Of a stretch of DNA of 34,130 bases, positions 16,558 to 25,679 are shown in pieces (position 1 is the stretch's first letter; each line of letters begins with the position of its first letter). The translations under genes were made by a program, and so were the position numbers. The DNA comes from a virus (taxonomy: Duplodnaviria; Caudoviricetes). Where the stretch lies: positions 1 through 34,130 of the IMG/VR virus record IMGVR_UViG_3300025021_000204. One strand, written 5' to 3'. The notes beneath the pieces are model-generated. The model ran no database searches. It saw only the letters and a list, made by a program, of their open reading frames with translations, and had not been told where the DNA came from.

Positions 16558-17046
16558 TTATTCTCCTTTCGCCTTGGCAAATTGTTCAGGGGTCAGACCG
16601 AGGCTCTTGCACACGGCCAACTCATCTTCGGTGAGCGCCACCTGCTGACCGCCGCCAGCTGGCTGTTTGCCGCCCGTCTGCGTGCCACCCAAAGCCGCCA
16701 GCGGCTTGGCATCCTTGAGAAAGGCATGCAGTGCGGCCAGCGGCTGCGCACGCCAGTACGCCTCGTTGGGCGGCAGAATGCGGGCATCGGACAGCGCCGC
16801 CGCCATCAGGCGTTCATGCTCGGCACGGTCGCCTGCGGCCTTGAGCGCGGCCAGCTCGCCATTGAGCTTGCTATGCTCTTCCAGCGGAATATGTTTGGCC
16901 GGGTCGAACTGGTTGGCCTTGAGCATTGCGATCTCTGTCTCCTGCTCGCGGGTTTTAGCCGCCAGCGCGGAAAGCGAAGTCAGCGCCGTGTCATCGCCGG
17001 TATCCAGGGGCAAGCCCAGGGCCACCAGCACTCGGGTTTTATCCAT
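16558..17046 (-). CDS. scaffold protein (Mu gpZ-like), in-frame internal start in protease gene
   Basis: SD GAGGA 7 nt before in-frame ATG 17046 (MDKTRVLVALGL...); helical C-terminus ending LTEDELAVCKSLGLTPEQF; Mu I/Z precedent. Confidence 0.7.
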   Translation of the reverse strand: MDKTRVLVALGLPLDTGDDTALTSLSALAAKTREQETEIAMLKANQFDPAKHIPLEEHSKLNGELAALKAAGDRAEHERLMAAALSDARILPPNEAYWRAQPLAALHAFLKDAKPLAALGGTQTGGKQPAGGGQQVALTEDELAVCKSLGLTPEQFAKAKGE

Positions 17047-17640
17047 CGTGGGTTCCTCATTGGTAGTCCTGCCAGAGCCGGGCAGTCGGCGTAGTGAAAC
17101 CATCTGCTGCACCAGCGCGGCGATCTCGCCGAGCGCGCCTAGCGCGGGCGTGTTCGTGAGCGCCAGGCTGTGCAGGGACTGCACAGCGCCGGTGTCGGGG
17201 TCGAAGAAAAAAACGGGAGAGAGGTAGCGGTATTCGCCCGCGACCAGATGCGCGGCCCCGGCATCCGTCCAGCGCACCTGCGCCAACAAGCCGATGCCGG
17301 GCTGATATTCGAGGCCGGTGATCCAGCCCGCAGCAGGCGCGGGGCGACCGTTCTCCGCCGCCTTGAGGGTTTGGTGCTCGTAGTCAATCGGCAGATCAAT
17401 ACCGCGATCAACGAACTGCGCGATGATGCGCTGCGCGATCTGCGCATCCATGCGCCACTTCTTGGCCTTCACGCCTTTGATGTTGCCTGGGCGACCATCT
17501 ACCGCATCGAATTCGCCATCGGGAATAACGCGTATCCGCTGCGGAGCTTCCTGCTCTTCAAACTCCAACTCAAAGGCCAGCGCGGCGGCTTGCGTCAGAG
17601 GTGCGGGAACCCGTTCAAGAGCTGCAAAGTGTTTGTCCAT
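16558..17640 (-). CDS. head maturation protease (Mu gpI-like)
   Basis: IDYEHQT, PAAGW, EYRYLSPVF, ALTNTPAL motifs. Confidence 0.95.
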   Translation of the reverse strand: MDKHFAALERVPAPLTQAAALAFELEFEEQEAPQRIRVIPDGEFDAVDGRPGNIKGVKAKKWRMDAQIAQRIIAQFVDRGIDLPIDYEHQTLKAAENGRPAPAAGWITGLEYQPGIGLLAQVRWTDAGAAHLVAGEYRYLSPVFFFDPDTGAVQSLHSLALTNTPALGALGEIAALVQQMVSLRRLPGSGRTTNEEPTMDKTRVLVALGLPLDTGDDTALTSLSALAAKTREQETEIAMLKANQFDPAKHIPLEEHSKLNGELAALKAAGDRAEHERLMAAALSDARILPPNEAYWRAQPLAALHAFLKDAKPLAALGGTQTGGKQPAGGGQQVALTEDELAVCKSLGLTPEQFAKAKGE

Positions 17641-17688
17641 GTCGCCACTTTGCCGGGAGGCATGGCGACCAGACAGTAAAGGGCTTTA
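17641..17688 (-). promoter_or_regulatory. putative activator-dependent late promoter (box TAAAGCCCTTTA at 17677-17688, -10-like CAAAGT), leaderless into protease
   Basis: Box ends 36 nt before ATG 17640 and contains the nuclease stop codon; no SD. Confidence 0.75.
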
Positions 17689-18129
17689 CTTTTTGGCGCG
17701 CTTACGGAACAGCCATGGCGGCGTCGGCTCATCGTCGGCCCACAGGCCGCGATGCGCGACCCGGGCCGCGTCCTGCATGGGGTAGAGGTGACCGTATCCC
17801 TTGGCGTATTTGTCATACACCCACGCCAAGCCGTTGCTCACCATGAACTGCCCAACATCTTGTTCCTGACACTTCACATCGGCGACGGTGCGCCCGTATC
17901 GGTCACGGCTCACCTTGTTGATTTGCGCGTCCTGCTCGAAACATAGCTGCGCCAGCGCATCGCGCGAGCGTTGACCGAAGGCTTGCTTCTTCTCTGGCGC
18001 GTCGATTGCGCCGAGCCGAACCTTGACCTCTTCGTATGCGCCAGGCTCGCCACAGCGCACCTTGATCGTGTCGCCATCGGTGACGCCAACTACCAAGCAA
18101 ATAAGAGCTGCGGCTGCGACAGACATCAC
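17686..18129 (-). CDS. thermonuclease (SNase-family) with hydrophobic N-terminus
   Basis: VTDGDTIKV, VRLGAIDAPEKKQAFG, DRYGRTVA, GLAWVY, RGLWAD...PPWLFR motifs. Confidence 0.92.
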   Translation of the reverse strand: MMSVAAAALICLVVGVTDGDTIKVRCGEPGAYEEVKVRLGAIDAPEKKQAFGQRSRDALAQLCFEQDAQINKVSRDRYGRTVADVKCQEQDVGQFMVSNGLAWVYDKYAKGYGHLYPMQDAARVAHRGLWADDEPTPPWLFRKRAKK

Positions 18130-18497
18130 TTCCTCTCCTTTTTCTTATCCTTGCGCAGCACGGGTTCCTCCGACTTTGGCGCTTCCTTCGTGCCGTGCTT
18201 GGCGATGGAACACACCCTCTTCGATGCACTGATACTACCGTCATTGCACACGAACTTATCGCCATCGCAATAGTTGACACCGCCTTTGCTTTGACTGCAT
18301 GGATAGTTGGCGGCGCTGGCCACACTAAAGCAGCAGATCCCCAGTATCACGAAAGCAAGTTTATTCACATCCTTGACGATCTGTCGGATGCGGTCATCAG
18401 GGTGCAGCTTACGCTTACGGCGTGCCGCGCCATCATTCGCAGTTGCGATGGCAAGCCACCCTCCAATGATCACCGCAACCACCATGATGAATTCCAT
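18126..18497 (-). CDS. YdcA-like small exported Cys-rich protein
   Basis: PCSQSKGGVNYCDGDKFVCNDGSISASKRVC after a signal-peptide-like segment; start uncertain (may begin at internal GTG, VNKLAF). Confidence 0.7.
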   Translation of the reverse strand: MEFIMVVAVIIGGWLAIATANDGAARRKRKLHPDDRIRQIVKDVNKLAFVILGICCFSVASAANYPCSQSKGGVNYCDGDKFVCNDGSISASKRVCSIAKHGTKEAPKSEEPVLRKDKKKERK

Positions 18498-18934
18498 CAG
18501 GATTTCCTTCCAAGCAGCGCCGCGATTTCTGCTCGCGCTGCGTCCACATCGAAGTTAGGCGCATCACCGTAATCCTGCACCAATCCGGTCAGCACGGCAT
18601 AGAACACCTCGTACTTCAAGCCAGTCCCAGCGCGCTGCAGTTCATCGCCTAGCAGGCTAGCCAACATGCTTACGCGCATCTTCTGCGCGGCTGTCGTAGC
18701 GTGCTCCTCGCCGCGCCTGACGCCGGTGGCGATGTATCCGGCATCAGCTCCAGCATCCACGAAGTGACGAAAAACATCACGCCCCATTTCAATCTTCCCG
18801 GTTTCGTAGCGAGACCAGGTCTCCCTTTCGACACCGAACTTTGCCGCTGCCGCCGCCTGGGACTTGATCCCAAGACGCAGGCGCTCCTCTTTAATCCGAT
18901 CTCCCGGAAAACGATTTTCATTGATTTTATTCAT
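18497..18934 (-). CDS. phage repressor, XRE-family HTH
   Basis: GDRIKEERLRLGIKSQAAAAAKFGVERETWSRYETG...DAGYIATG; divergent from Ner-like gene; start set at ATG 18934 because the longer start lies inside the operator/promoter. Confidence 0.85.
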   Translation of the reverse strand: MNKINENRFPGDRIKEERLRLGIKSQAAAAAKFGVERETWSRYETGKIEMGRDVFRHFVDAGADAGYIATGVRRGEEHATTAAQKMRVSMLASLLGDELQRAGTGLKYEVFYAVLTGLVQDYGDAPNFDVDAARAEIAALLGRKS

Positions 18935-18944
18935 CACACACCCC

Positions 18945-18973
18945 TTGACATGTGACATATTAAGTCACACAAT
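18945..18973 (+). promoter_or_regulatory. early lytic promoter with operator in the spacer
   Basis: TTGACA (18945-50), 17 nt, CACAAT (18968-73); dyad TGTGAC-N7-GTCACA at 18951-18969. Confidence 0.8.
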
Positions 18974-19009
18974 CACCACCATCACAAACCGAACACCACC
19001 AAGCAAGCC

Positions 19010-19216
19010 ATGACCAAAGACCAACTCGAACGAAAGATCGCCGCCTTCCGAGCTGAGCTTGACGCTCGCGGCGAATCCGTCTCCGACTACTGCCGCCGCA
19101 AGGGGCTGGACTACGACGCCATGTTCATGGTGCTGCGCGGACGCTCAAAGGGGAAACGCGGCGAAGCTCACAAGGTATTCGTCGCGCTCGGCCTAAAGAC
19201 CAATCGTACAGCCTAA
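19010..19216 (+). CDS. Ner/Cro-like DNA-binding protein (BcepMu gp16-type)
   Basis: GESVSDYCRRKGL...VLRGRSKGKRGEAHKVFVALGLK; first early gene. Confidence 0.85.
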   Translation: MTKDQLERKIAAFRAELDARGESVSDYCRRKGLDYDAMFMVLRGRSKGKRGEAHKVFVALGLKTNRTA

Positions 19217-19257
19217 ATTCTCCCACGTTGCAAATCATTTTCACAGGAGCTTAAACC

Positions 19258-19515
19258 ATGCCGCGTCCAGAAGATTCCTTTTCTACCCCAGACCAGCTGC
19301 AAACAAGTGCTCTATTTTTCTTTGCGCATGTCTTGGAGCGCCCTACTGATATCCGCTCAACCAACGATATGGCGCTACACATTCGCAATGGCGGGATGGG
19401 TCTAAGGTTGATCACCACGCAACGACTACGAGAGCTGGCCGAATACGCCAAGGCTGGTCTGGATTCAGTTGTCGAAGCTCATGAATCTAATTCAAACGGG
19501 TTGGTGCGCAAATGA
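19258..19515 (+). CDS. hypothetical early protein
   Basis: SD AGGAG, ATGA coupling to next gene; no motif recognised. Confidence 0.55.
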   Translation: MPRPEDSFSTPDQLQTSALFFFAHVLERPTDIRSTNDMALHIRNGGMGLRLITTQRLRELAEYAKAGLDSVVEAHESNSNGLVRK

Positions 19516-19817
19516 GCAAGCCAACTCAAACCAGCCAAACCGCAGGAAAGGTGCTCGACGTGTTGGCCGCCTTACTCGGCCACTTCGCACACGGCCTGAC
19601 GCCGACCGACATCTGCAAGGCAACCGGCCTCGACCCCAGCGCCATCACACGTTACGTGGCTACCCTGGAAGAAAAGGGATTCGCCGAGCGCATCCCGGAG
19701 ACCGGTCGAATCCGCCCATCGGTGCAGCTAGCACGCCACGCAGTTTCCATCCTTCGCAGCCTCGACGCGGCGGAGGAGCGCATCCAGAACATGAAGCAAC
19801 GTCTGACCACCAACTGA
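19512..19817 (+). CDS. IclR-type HTH DNA-binding protein
   Basis: KVLDVLAAL...GLTPTDICKATGLDPSAITRYVATLEEKGFAER. Confidence 0.85.
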   Translation: MSKPTQTSQTAGKVLDVLAALLGHFAHGLTPTDICKATGLDPSAITRYVATLEEKGFAERIPETGRIRPSVQLARHAVSILRSLDAAEERIQNMKQRLTTN

Positions 19818-19831
19818 AAAGGAGAAGCCAC

Positions 19832-20734
19832 ATGGCTCGCAAAACCACCACCACCGATAACCCATCCAGCACCATCGCCGAGGCTGGATTGCCCGGCCTG
19901 CCAGCAGCAGCAGCGGCAGCCAACCAGCTCGCCGTCATTGATCACCAGCGCGCAGAAAAGGTTAGGGAGTTGGCCACATCCATGCACTACTCCGGGCCGA
20001 TTCATCCAGATGCACTAGAGGCGGTGGCCATCGAAGCGCAGCGCCACATCCACGCCGGACTATTCGCTCTCGGCACGTCTCTAATTTTGCTGCGCGAGAG
20101 CTGCGAACACGGCGACTTCATTGCAAGGCTTGATCGTATCGGTATTGAGCCTCGTGTCGCACAGAAATCCATGCAAATCGCCCGCAAGTTTTCAAATGCG
20201 CCGATGTCGGCGCATTTGGAGCATCTCGGCAAGTCCAAGCTGCTGGAACTTCTGGTGCTGGACGATGAGCAAATCGAAGAGCTGACCGCTAATGGCCAGA
20301 CCGGGGAGTTGGCCCTAGATGACGTGGCGACCATGAGCATAAAGGAGCTACGCAATACCATCCGCAGCCTGCGCGGCGACGTGGAGGCCAAGGATGCCGT
20401 GCTGGAGCAGACCCACAAGAAGCTCGCCAGCCTGCAAGTGCAGCTCAAGAAAAAAGTGGTGGCCGATACTGATTGGCCGGACGCACTGGAGCCTGTCGCT
20501 GAACAGGTGGCCGCTGCGGGTCGCAAGATCGCGCAGGCCATCAGCGAGCTGGAAACCTGCCGCATCACGCTGTTCGAGGTAGCGCAGGACATGCCCGACG
20601 AACAGCGCCCAAAGTATGAGGCGGCGCTGACCCACATCGCCGATGTCTACGAGCAGGCACTCGCTCGATCAGAGGCGGGGCTGACCAAAGAGCGCACCAC
20701 TTTCGACAAGTCGCTCGGCGCATACGCTGCCTAA
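19832..20734 (+). CDS. DUF3102-like early protein with coiled-coil C-terminus
   Basis: SD AAGGAG before ATG 19832; LILLRESCEHGDF...AQKSMQIARKF...LGKSKLLELL...DDVATMSIKELR. Confidence 0.78.
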   Translation: MARKTTTTDNPSSTIAEAGLPGLPAAAAAANQLAVIDHQRAEKVRELATSMHYSGPIHPDALEAVAIEAQRHIHAGLFALGTSLILLRESCEHGDFIARLDRIGIEPRVAQKSMQIARKFSNAPMSAHLEHLGKSKLLELLVLDDEQIEELTANGQTGELALDDVATMSIKELRNTIRSLRGDVEAKDAVLEQTHKKLASLQVQLKKKVVADTDWPDALEPVAEQVAAAGRKIAQAISELETCRITLFEVAQDMPDEQRPKYEAALTHIADVYEQALARSEAGLTKERTTFDKSLGAYAA

Positions 20735-20750
20735 CGCGCAGGACATCATC

Positions 20751-22580
20751 ATGGCCAATCCACTCGCTCCCGATCTGCTGCAAGAGCTGTTTGCTCTGCG
20801 CGACCGCATCAACGCGGCTCCGCATGGTTGCGCGACCGAGCTGGTGCATCGCTTCGCCAGCTTGATCGGAAAGAATCCATCGACGGTCTATGCCTGGCTT
20901 CGAGATCACACCGGCTATCGAACTGGCCGTAAGAAGCGCGCCGATGCAGGCACCACTGCGCTGCCGCAGGAAACGCTGAACTTCATCGCGGCGGCGAAGC
21001 GCGAGGGGATACGCGGCAATGGCAAGGCAACACTGCCCACGGCGGTGGCCATGAACATCGCACATACCAACGGTATAGATGTGCCGGTATCCGAGGGTCG
21101 CATTAACTCTCTGCTGCGCGCGGCTCGCATGGACATCAAATCGCAACTCGCCGCGCGCAACCACATCACGCTGCGCAGCCTGCATCCGAACCACCTGCAT
21201 CAGATTGATCCATCGCTCTGCCTCATCTACTACACCCCGAAGGGCCAGGCGATCATGCGCGATGAGGAGTTCTACAAGAACAAGCCAGCCAGCATGGACA
21301 AGGTGCGGCTCAAGGTGTGGCGTTACGTTCGCTACGACCACGCCAGCAGCAACCTCGACGTTCGATATTACGAGGCAGCGGGCGAGAACCAGCATAGCCT
21401 GTTTGAGTTCTTGCTCTACACCTGGAGCCAGCAGCCGATGCGTGTGTCGCATGGCGTACCGCGCATGTTGCTGTGGGACAAGGGCAGCGCCAACACCAGC
21501 TTTGCCATCAAAAATTTGCTCGACGCGCTCGGCGTTGACCATGAAACACACGCCGTTGGCCACTCGTGGGGGAAGGGCGGCGTCGAGCAGGGTAACAACC
21601 TAGTCGAGACGCATTTCGAGAGTCGCCTGCGATTCGAGCCAGTAGAGACCGTCGAGCAACTCAACGCGGCAGCGGCGGCGTGGGTGCGTGACTTCAACGC
21701 CAACGCCATCGCGCATGTGGACTGTCGCCTAACGCGCGCCAGCGGCCAACCGATGGTGCGCGATGATCTATGGCAACTGATCATGCGGCACCCCGGCGCG
21801 CTGGTGCAGATGCCACCGCGCGAGATATGCCAGTGGTTCATGGCTGGTCAGGAACTCACCCGTGTGGTGCGCGACCTTTCCATCAGCTTTGCCCACCCGG
21901 AGCTTGGCCGTTCCGCGCGTTACGACTTGAAACCCTGGGCCGAGTTCCTCGGCAACGGACAGAAGGTGCGCGTGACGCCAATGCTCATGCAGCAGGGCGC
22001 GCTGCGCATCGAGATCGAGCGCATGGGCGATGAGTCGCTACTGGTGCAGGTGCAGCCGGAAAGCGCGTTCGACGACTACGGTCGCCCTCTCTCAGCGCCT
22101 GTCGCCGGAGAGGAATACGCTCGCGCACCAGCGACTGCAAGCGAGCGCGCAGCCAACACGTTGTCCGCAGCCGCGTGGGGCGACGGCACCACGGTGGACG
22201 GTGCCGAGAAGAAGCGGGCAGAGCAGGCCCGTCCTTTCGGCCACCTCAACGAAGGCAAGGGCATCGTCGCACACAGCCACTTGGGCAAAACCGACCTGCC
22301 GCATCGGCTGGTGCCAAATGCCGAGGAAGTACAGACGCCGCAGGTACAGAGCCTGCAATCCAAGGCTACAGCCGTTCAGGTCATGCTCACCGTGCCGGAA
22401 GCGGTGCGCAGCATCAAGGAGCGCCTAGGCTCCGCCTCCCCAGCCGACCTCTACATGCAAATCTCCACCGCCTTCCCTGCGGGCAATGTGCCGCAGGTAT
22501 GGGCCGACCAGTGGGGCAACACGGTGGCGACCGGCACGCACGGTGGCGGCAACGTGACTGAACTGAGGAGGGTCAAGTGA
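20751..22580 (+). CDS. Mu-like DDE transposase A
   Basis: HPNHLHQIDPS (D), LLWDKGSAN (D), GKGGVE (E); N-terminal HTH; followed by AAA ATPase. Confidence 0.92.
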   Translation: MANPLAPDLLQELFALRDRINAAPHGCATELVHRFASLIGKNPSTVYAWLRDHTGYRTGRKKRADAGTTALPQETLNFIAAAKREGIRGNGKATLPTAVAMNIAHTNGIDVPVSEGRINSLLRAARMDIKSQLAARNHITLRSLHPNHLHQIDPSLCLIYYTPKGQAIMRDEEFYKNKPASMDKVRLKVWRYVRYDHASSNLDVRYYEAAGENQHSLFEFLLYTWSQQPMRVSHGVPRMLLWDKGSANTSFAIKNLLDALGVDHETHAVGHSWGKGGVEQGNNLVETHFESRLRFEPVETVEQLNAAAAAWVRDFNANAIAHVDCRLTRASGQPMVRDDLWQLIMRHPGALVQMPPREICQWFMAGQELTRVVRDLSISFAHPELGRSARYDLKPWAEFLGNGQKVRVTPMLMQQGALRIEIERMGDESLLVQVQPESAFDDYGRPLSAPVAGEEYARAPATASERAANTLSAAAWGDGTTVDGAEKKRAEQARPFGHLNEGKGIVAHSHLGKTDLPHRLVPNAEEVQTPQVQSLQSKATAVQVMLTVPEAVRSIKERLGSASPADLYMQISTAFPAGNVPQVWADQWGNTVATGTHGGGNVTELRRVK

Positions 22581-23809
22581 TGGCCGCGACGCGCACTACA
22601 CCATTGAAGCGTCTGCTCGATAAGCTCGACATCAAGCAGGCCCACATGGCTAAACAACTCGGTATTTCAGTAGGCACGATGGCCGACCTGGTCAACCACC
22701 ACAAGTGGCCGAAGAAGCACACCGCCGCGCTACGCCATGCCATCAGCCACACGCTGCACCGCGCCGGTGCCAGCGACGCGCAGATCACACGGGCCTTGCA
22801 GCCCGCGCAAAAACAAAACGCCGCAGAGCGTTCCACCGCCGCGCCAGTATCCGACGCGGCTAATTCGTCAACTGTCCAGAAGGAGACCGACATGCTGTTG
22901 CAAAAACAAACCATGACCGCGCCCACGCGCAAACATTTCAACCTCGCCGCCGACCCGTTCGCCAATGACGTGACGCAGTCCAGCGATGTGTTCATCAGCC
23001 AGGACATCCGCTTCGTGCGCGAAACGCTCTGGCAACACGCCAAGCACGGCGGTCTGCTCGCCCTGGTCGGCGAAAGCGGAAGCGGAAAGAGCACCGTGGT
23101 GGCCGACTTCAAAGACCGCCTGCAACGCGAGGGCCGCGACGTGCTCATCATCGAACCCTCCGTGCTGTACATGGAGGAGAACGATAGCAAGGGAAAGACG
23201 CTTAAGAGCGCGGCCATCGTGCAAGCCATCATCGCCACGATAGCGCCCAGCGTGGCCCCCAAGCGCGATGCCGAGGCCCGCGCCCGCCAGGTGCAACAAC
23301 TGCTCACCGCAGGCCACCGCGCCGGGCAGCGCCATGTGCTGTTGATCGAGGAGGCGCACTGCTTGCCTACCGCCACACTCAAGCACCTCAAGCGGTTCGG
23401 CGAACTCAAAGATGGCCTCTCCCCCCTGCTCTCCATCGTGCTGGTCGGCCAGACCGAGCTGCGCAGCCGCCTTGCGGTAAACAACGCGGAGGTGCGCGAG
23501 GTCGCGCAACGATGCGACATCGTGGAACTGCCGCCGCTGGACGGATCGCTGCCCGAATATCTCAAGTTCAAGCTGACCCGCGTCGGCGCGGACGTGTCCA
23601 AGGTCATCAGCGCAGAGGGCATCGAAGCCCTGCGCGAGCGCCTTACCTTTGCGCGGCGCACCGGCAGCGCAAAGTCATCACAGTTGTCCACCACCTACGT
23701 GAGCCTGTCTTATCCGCTGGCCGTAGCCAACGCGCTCACCGCCGCCATGAATCTCGCGGCACATCTGGGCGCGCCGGTGGTGGACGCGGCCATCGTCAAG
23801 GAGGCGTGA
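22577..23809 (+). CDS. transposition ATPase B (ExeA-like AAA+) with N-terminal HTH
   Basis: Walker A GESGSGKS, Walker B LLIEEAH, IVLVGQTEL, EVAQRC. Confidence 0.92.
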   Translation: MMAATRTTPLKRLLDKLDIKQAHMAKQLGISVGTMADLVNHHKWPKKHTAALRHAISHTLHRAGASDAQITRALQPAQKQNAAERSTAAPVSDAANSSTVQKETDMLLQKQTMTAPTRKHFNLAADPFANDVTQSSDVFISQDIRFVRETLWQHAKHGGLLALVGESGSGKSTVVADFKDRLQREGRDVLIIEPSVLYMEENDSKGKTLKSAAIVQAIIATIAPSVAPKRDAEARARQVQQLLTAGHRAGQRHVLLIEEAHCLPTATLKHLKRFGELKDGLSPLLSIVLVGQTELRSRLAVNNAEVREVAQRCDIVELPPLDGSLPEYLKFKLTRVGADVSKVISAEGIEALRERLTFARRTGSAKSSQLSTTYVSLSYPLAVANALTAAMNLAAHLGAPVVDAAIVKEA

Positions 23810-23810
23810 C

Positions 23811-24143
23811 ATGGCTGCCGCCCTGCACCTCGTTCATTCCATCGACCACACGGAGAGTTTTATGAGCCGAATCTTCACCGAGGAGTTTGTATCGCGTCTC
23901 GAAGCAATCAACCGCGTGTCGCGCGAGCTGCGTGCGCAGGGGTATCGCACGGTGCGCGAGATCATGGGGCAAGGCCGCGCCATGCCGACCATCGAAGTGC
24001 AGCCGGGGACGAACATGCAGGCCAAGCCGCTGCTTGATCTGGGTTGCGGGCACATGCTGGAGAAGCGGCCAGACGGGAGCTTCATCCGCTCCATCACACG
24101 CCACGGTGTGATCGTGATGTGGCGCGAGGGAGCGGCGCAATGA
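23811..24143 (+). CDS. hypothetical protein (semi-essential region)
   Basis: SD AAGGAGG; coupled to neighbours. Confidence 0.65.
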   Translation: MAAALHLVHSIDHTESFMSRIFTEEFVSRLEAINRVSRELRAQGYRTVREIMGQGRAMPTIEVQPGTNMQAKPLLDLGCGHMLEKRPDGSFIRSITRHGVIVMWREGAAQ

Positions 24144-24625
24144 AAACACGCTGCCCGTGCTGCGGCGCAACCCTCTCGCTCGATGCGCTGGTCGCGCACG
24201 AGGGAGCGCGTGAGGCACTGTCCGCCGTGTTCAAGCTCTCCGGTGCGCTCGGCTCGGCGCTGGTGCGCTACATCGCCATGTTCAGGCCTGATGCGCGCGA
24301 GCTGACGCTGGAGCGTGTGGCGCGGCTGATCAACGAGCTGCTGCCCGACATCCAGGCGCAGCGCATCCAGCGCAACGGGCAGGTGTTCGACGCGCCGCTG
24401 GAGGCGTGGATTTGGGCCATCGAGCAAGGGCTGGCCGCGCGTGATGCCGGACGGCTCAAGACGCCTCTCAAGAGCCACGGCTGGCTCTATGAGGTGATCA
24501 GCGGCTATCGCCCCGCCGTCGCGCAACTGGTGGACGGCACACCGGCGCTGACCGCTTCCAGGAGCGCGAGCAAGACGCTGTCGGGCATCTCTGCCCTGGA
24601 GAATTTCAAGCATGGAGGCAGATGA
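24140..24625 (+). CDS. conserved Mu-like phage protein with N-terminal CPCCG motif
   Basis: MKTRCPCCGATLSLDAL...YIAMFRP...PLKSHGWLYEVI; start 24140 by ATGA overlap. Confidence 0.75.
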   Translation: MKTRCPCCGATLSLDALVAHEGAREALSAVFKLSGALGSALVRYIAMFRPDARELTLERVARLINELLPDIQAQRIQRNGQVFDAPLEAWIWAIEQGLAARDAGRLKTPLKSHGWLYEVISGYRPAVAQLVDGTPALTASRSASKTLSGISALENFKHGGR

Positions 24626-25055
24626 ATGGTTCCGCATCGAGATCGTGACTGGCCTGCAAAAGCTGCTGGCGCTGCGCCTGGCGGGAACGCCACCGGAGGA
24701 TGCCATCGTCGGCACGGCGGAAGTGTGGCTGGAAGCCTTGTGGCACAGCGGCACCGCCTGGTCGGAACACCTCGACAGAGAGCGGGTGCGCCGCGCCTTC
24801 CAGACGCTGTTTCGCATCTGCGACCGCTGGCCGTCGCCCAAGCTGTTGCTCGACAACCTGGGCAGCAGGCCACAACCGAAGGCACTCCCTACACCACCGG
24901 CATCGCCGGAACAAATCGCGCGTAACAAGGACAGGCTGCGCGAACTCATCGAAAGCCTGACCAATAACCTAACCATAAAGGAGCCTCGACATGGCAACCA
25001 AGCAAAAAGCAAAAGCGGCACCCTGGGCGTGCCAGAGCAAGGATCAGGCGATTGA
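24612..25055 (+). CDS. hypothetical protein
   Basis: GLQKLLALRLAGTPPED...CDRWPSPK; co-oriented and overlapping neighbours. Confidence 0.7.
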   Translation: MEADEWFRIEIVTGLQKLLALRLAGTPPEDAIVGTAEVWLEALWHSGTAWSEHLDRERVRRAFQTLFRICDRWPSPKLLLDNLGSRPQPKALPTPPASPEQIARNKDRLRELIESLTNNLTIKEPRHGNQAKSKSGTLGVPEQGSGD

Positions 25056-25500
25056 TGCCATTCGCGCACTCGGCGATGCGCAGCGCGAACTGACGCGTGT
25101 AGAGACTCATATCAATGACCAGATCGCGGCGATCACTGCGGAGCGCAAGGATGAAATCGAGGCGCTCAAGACTCGCATCCAAACGCTGATCGACGGCATC
25201 CATGTGTGGTGTGAAGCGCACCGCAACGAGCTGCTGGTGAGCGGCGGCAAGGAAGTTAAATTGACCACGGGCCTGGTGCGCTGGCGGCAGCGCCCCCCCA
25301 GCGTCAGCATCCGCAGTGTTGACAAGGTGCTCGAAACCCTGCGCGCGCTCGGTCTTGGCCGCTTCATCCGCAACAAGGAAGAACCGAACAAGGAAGCAAT
25401 GCTGGCCGAGCCGGAGGCCGTATCCGGTATCGCTGGCATCACCATCGTCACGGGCGTCGAGGATTTTGTCATCGAGCCGTTTGAAGTTGAGGTGGCGTGA
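24991..25500 (+). CDS. gam: host-nuclease inhibitor Gam family (DNA end protection)
   Basis: WCEAHRNEL...TGLVRWRQRPPSV...FIRNKEEPNKEAML...EDFVIEP; SD AAGGAG. Confidence 0.92.
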   Translation: MATKQKAKAAPWACQSKDQAIDAIRALGDAQRELTRVETHINDQIAAITAERKDEIEALKTRIQTLIDGIHVWCEAHRNELLVSGGKEVKLTTGLVRWRQRPPSVSIRSVDKVLETLRALGLGRFIRNKEEPNKEAMLAEPEAVSGIAGITIVTGVEDFVIEPFEVEVA

Positions 25501-25679
25501 TGAGTTCGAACGGAGGTTTTTCGACAGAAGATGCCTGGTATGAGGCATTGAAACTGATCGCGCATCGCCATCATGAAGAACGTCTGGTGCGCGACCGTGA
25601 AGCCTGGGTGTCGAACTGGCAGAACGAAATTCCAGAAGACGCCTTCTACAACGAATACCCGGAGTATCGAAATGAGTGA
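25497..25679 (+). CDS. hypothetical protein
   Basis: Overlap-coupled small ORF in early operon. Confidence 0.55.
   Translation: MMSSNGGFSTEDAWYEALKLIAHRHHEERLVRDREAWVSNWQNEIPEDAFYNEYPEYRNE

Noticed and set aside
17641-18500. Mu left end expected next to the repressor
   Set aside because: No terminal TG with repeated transposase-binding sites or host junction seen; phage genes continue without a break
19469-19831. N-terminal 121 aa of the 421-aa ORF
   Set aside because: Overlaps the IclR-HTH gene; strong SD supports start at 19832
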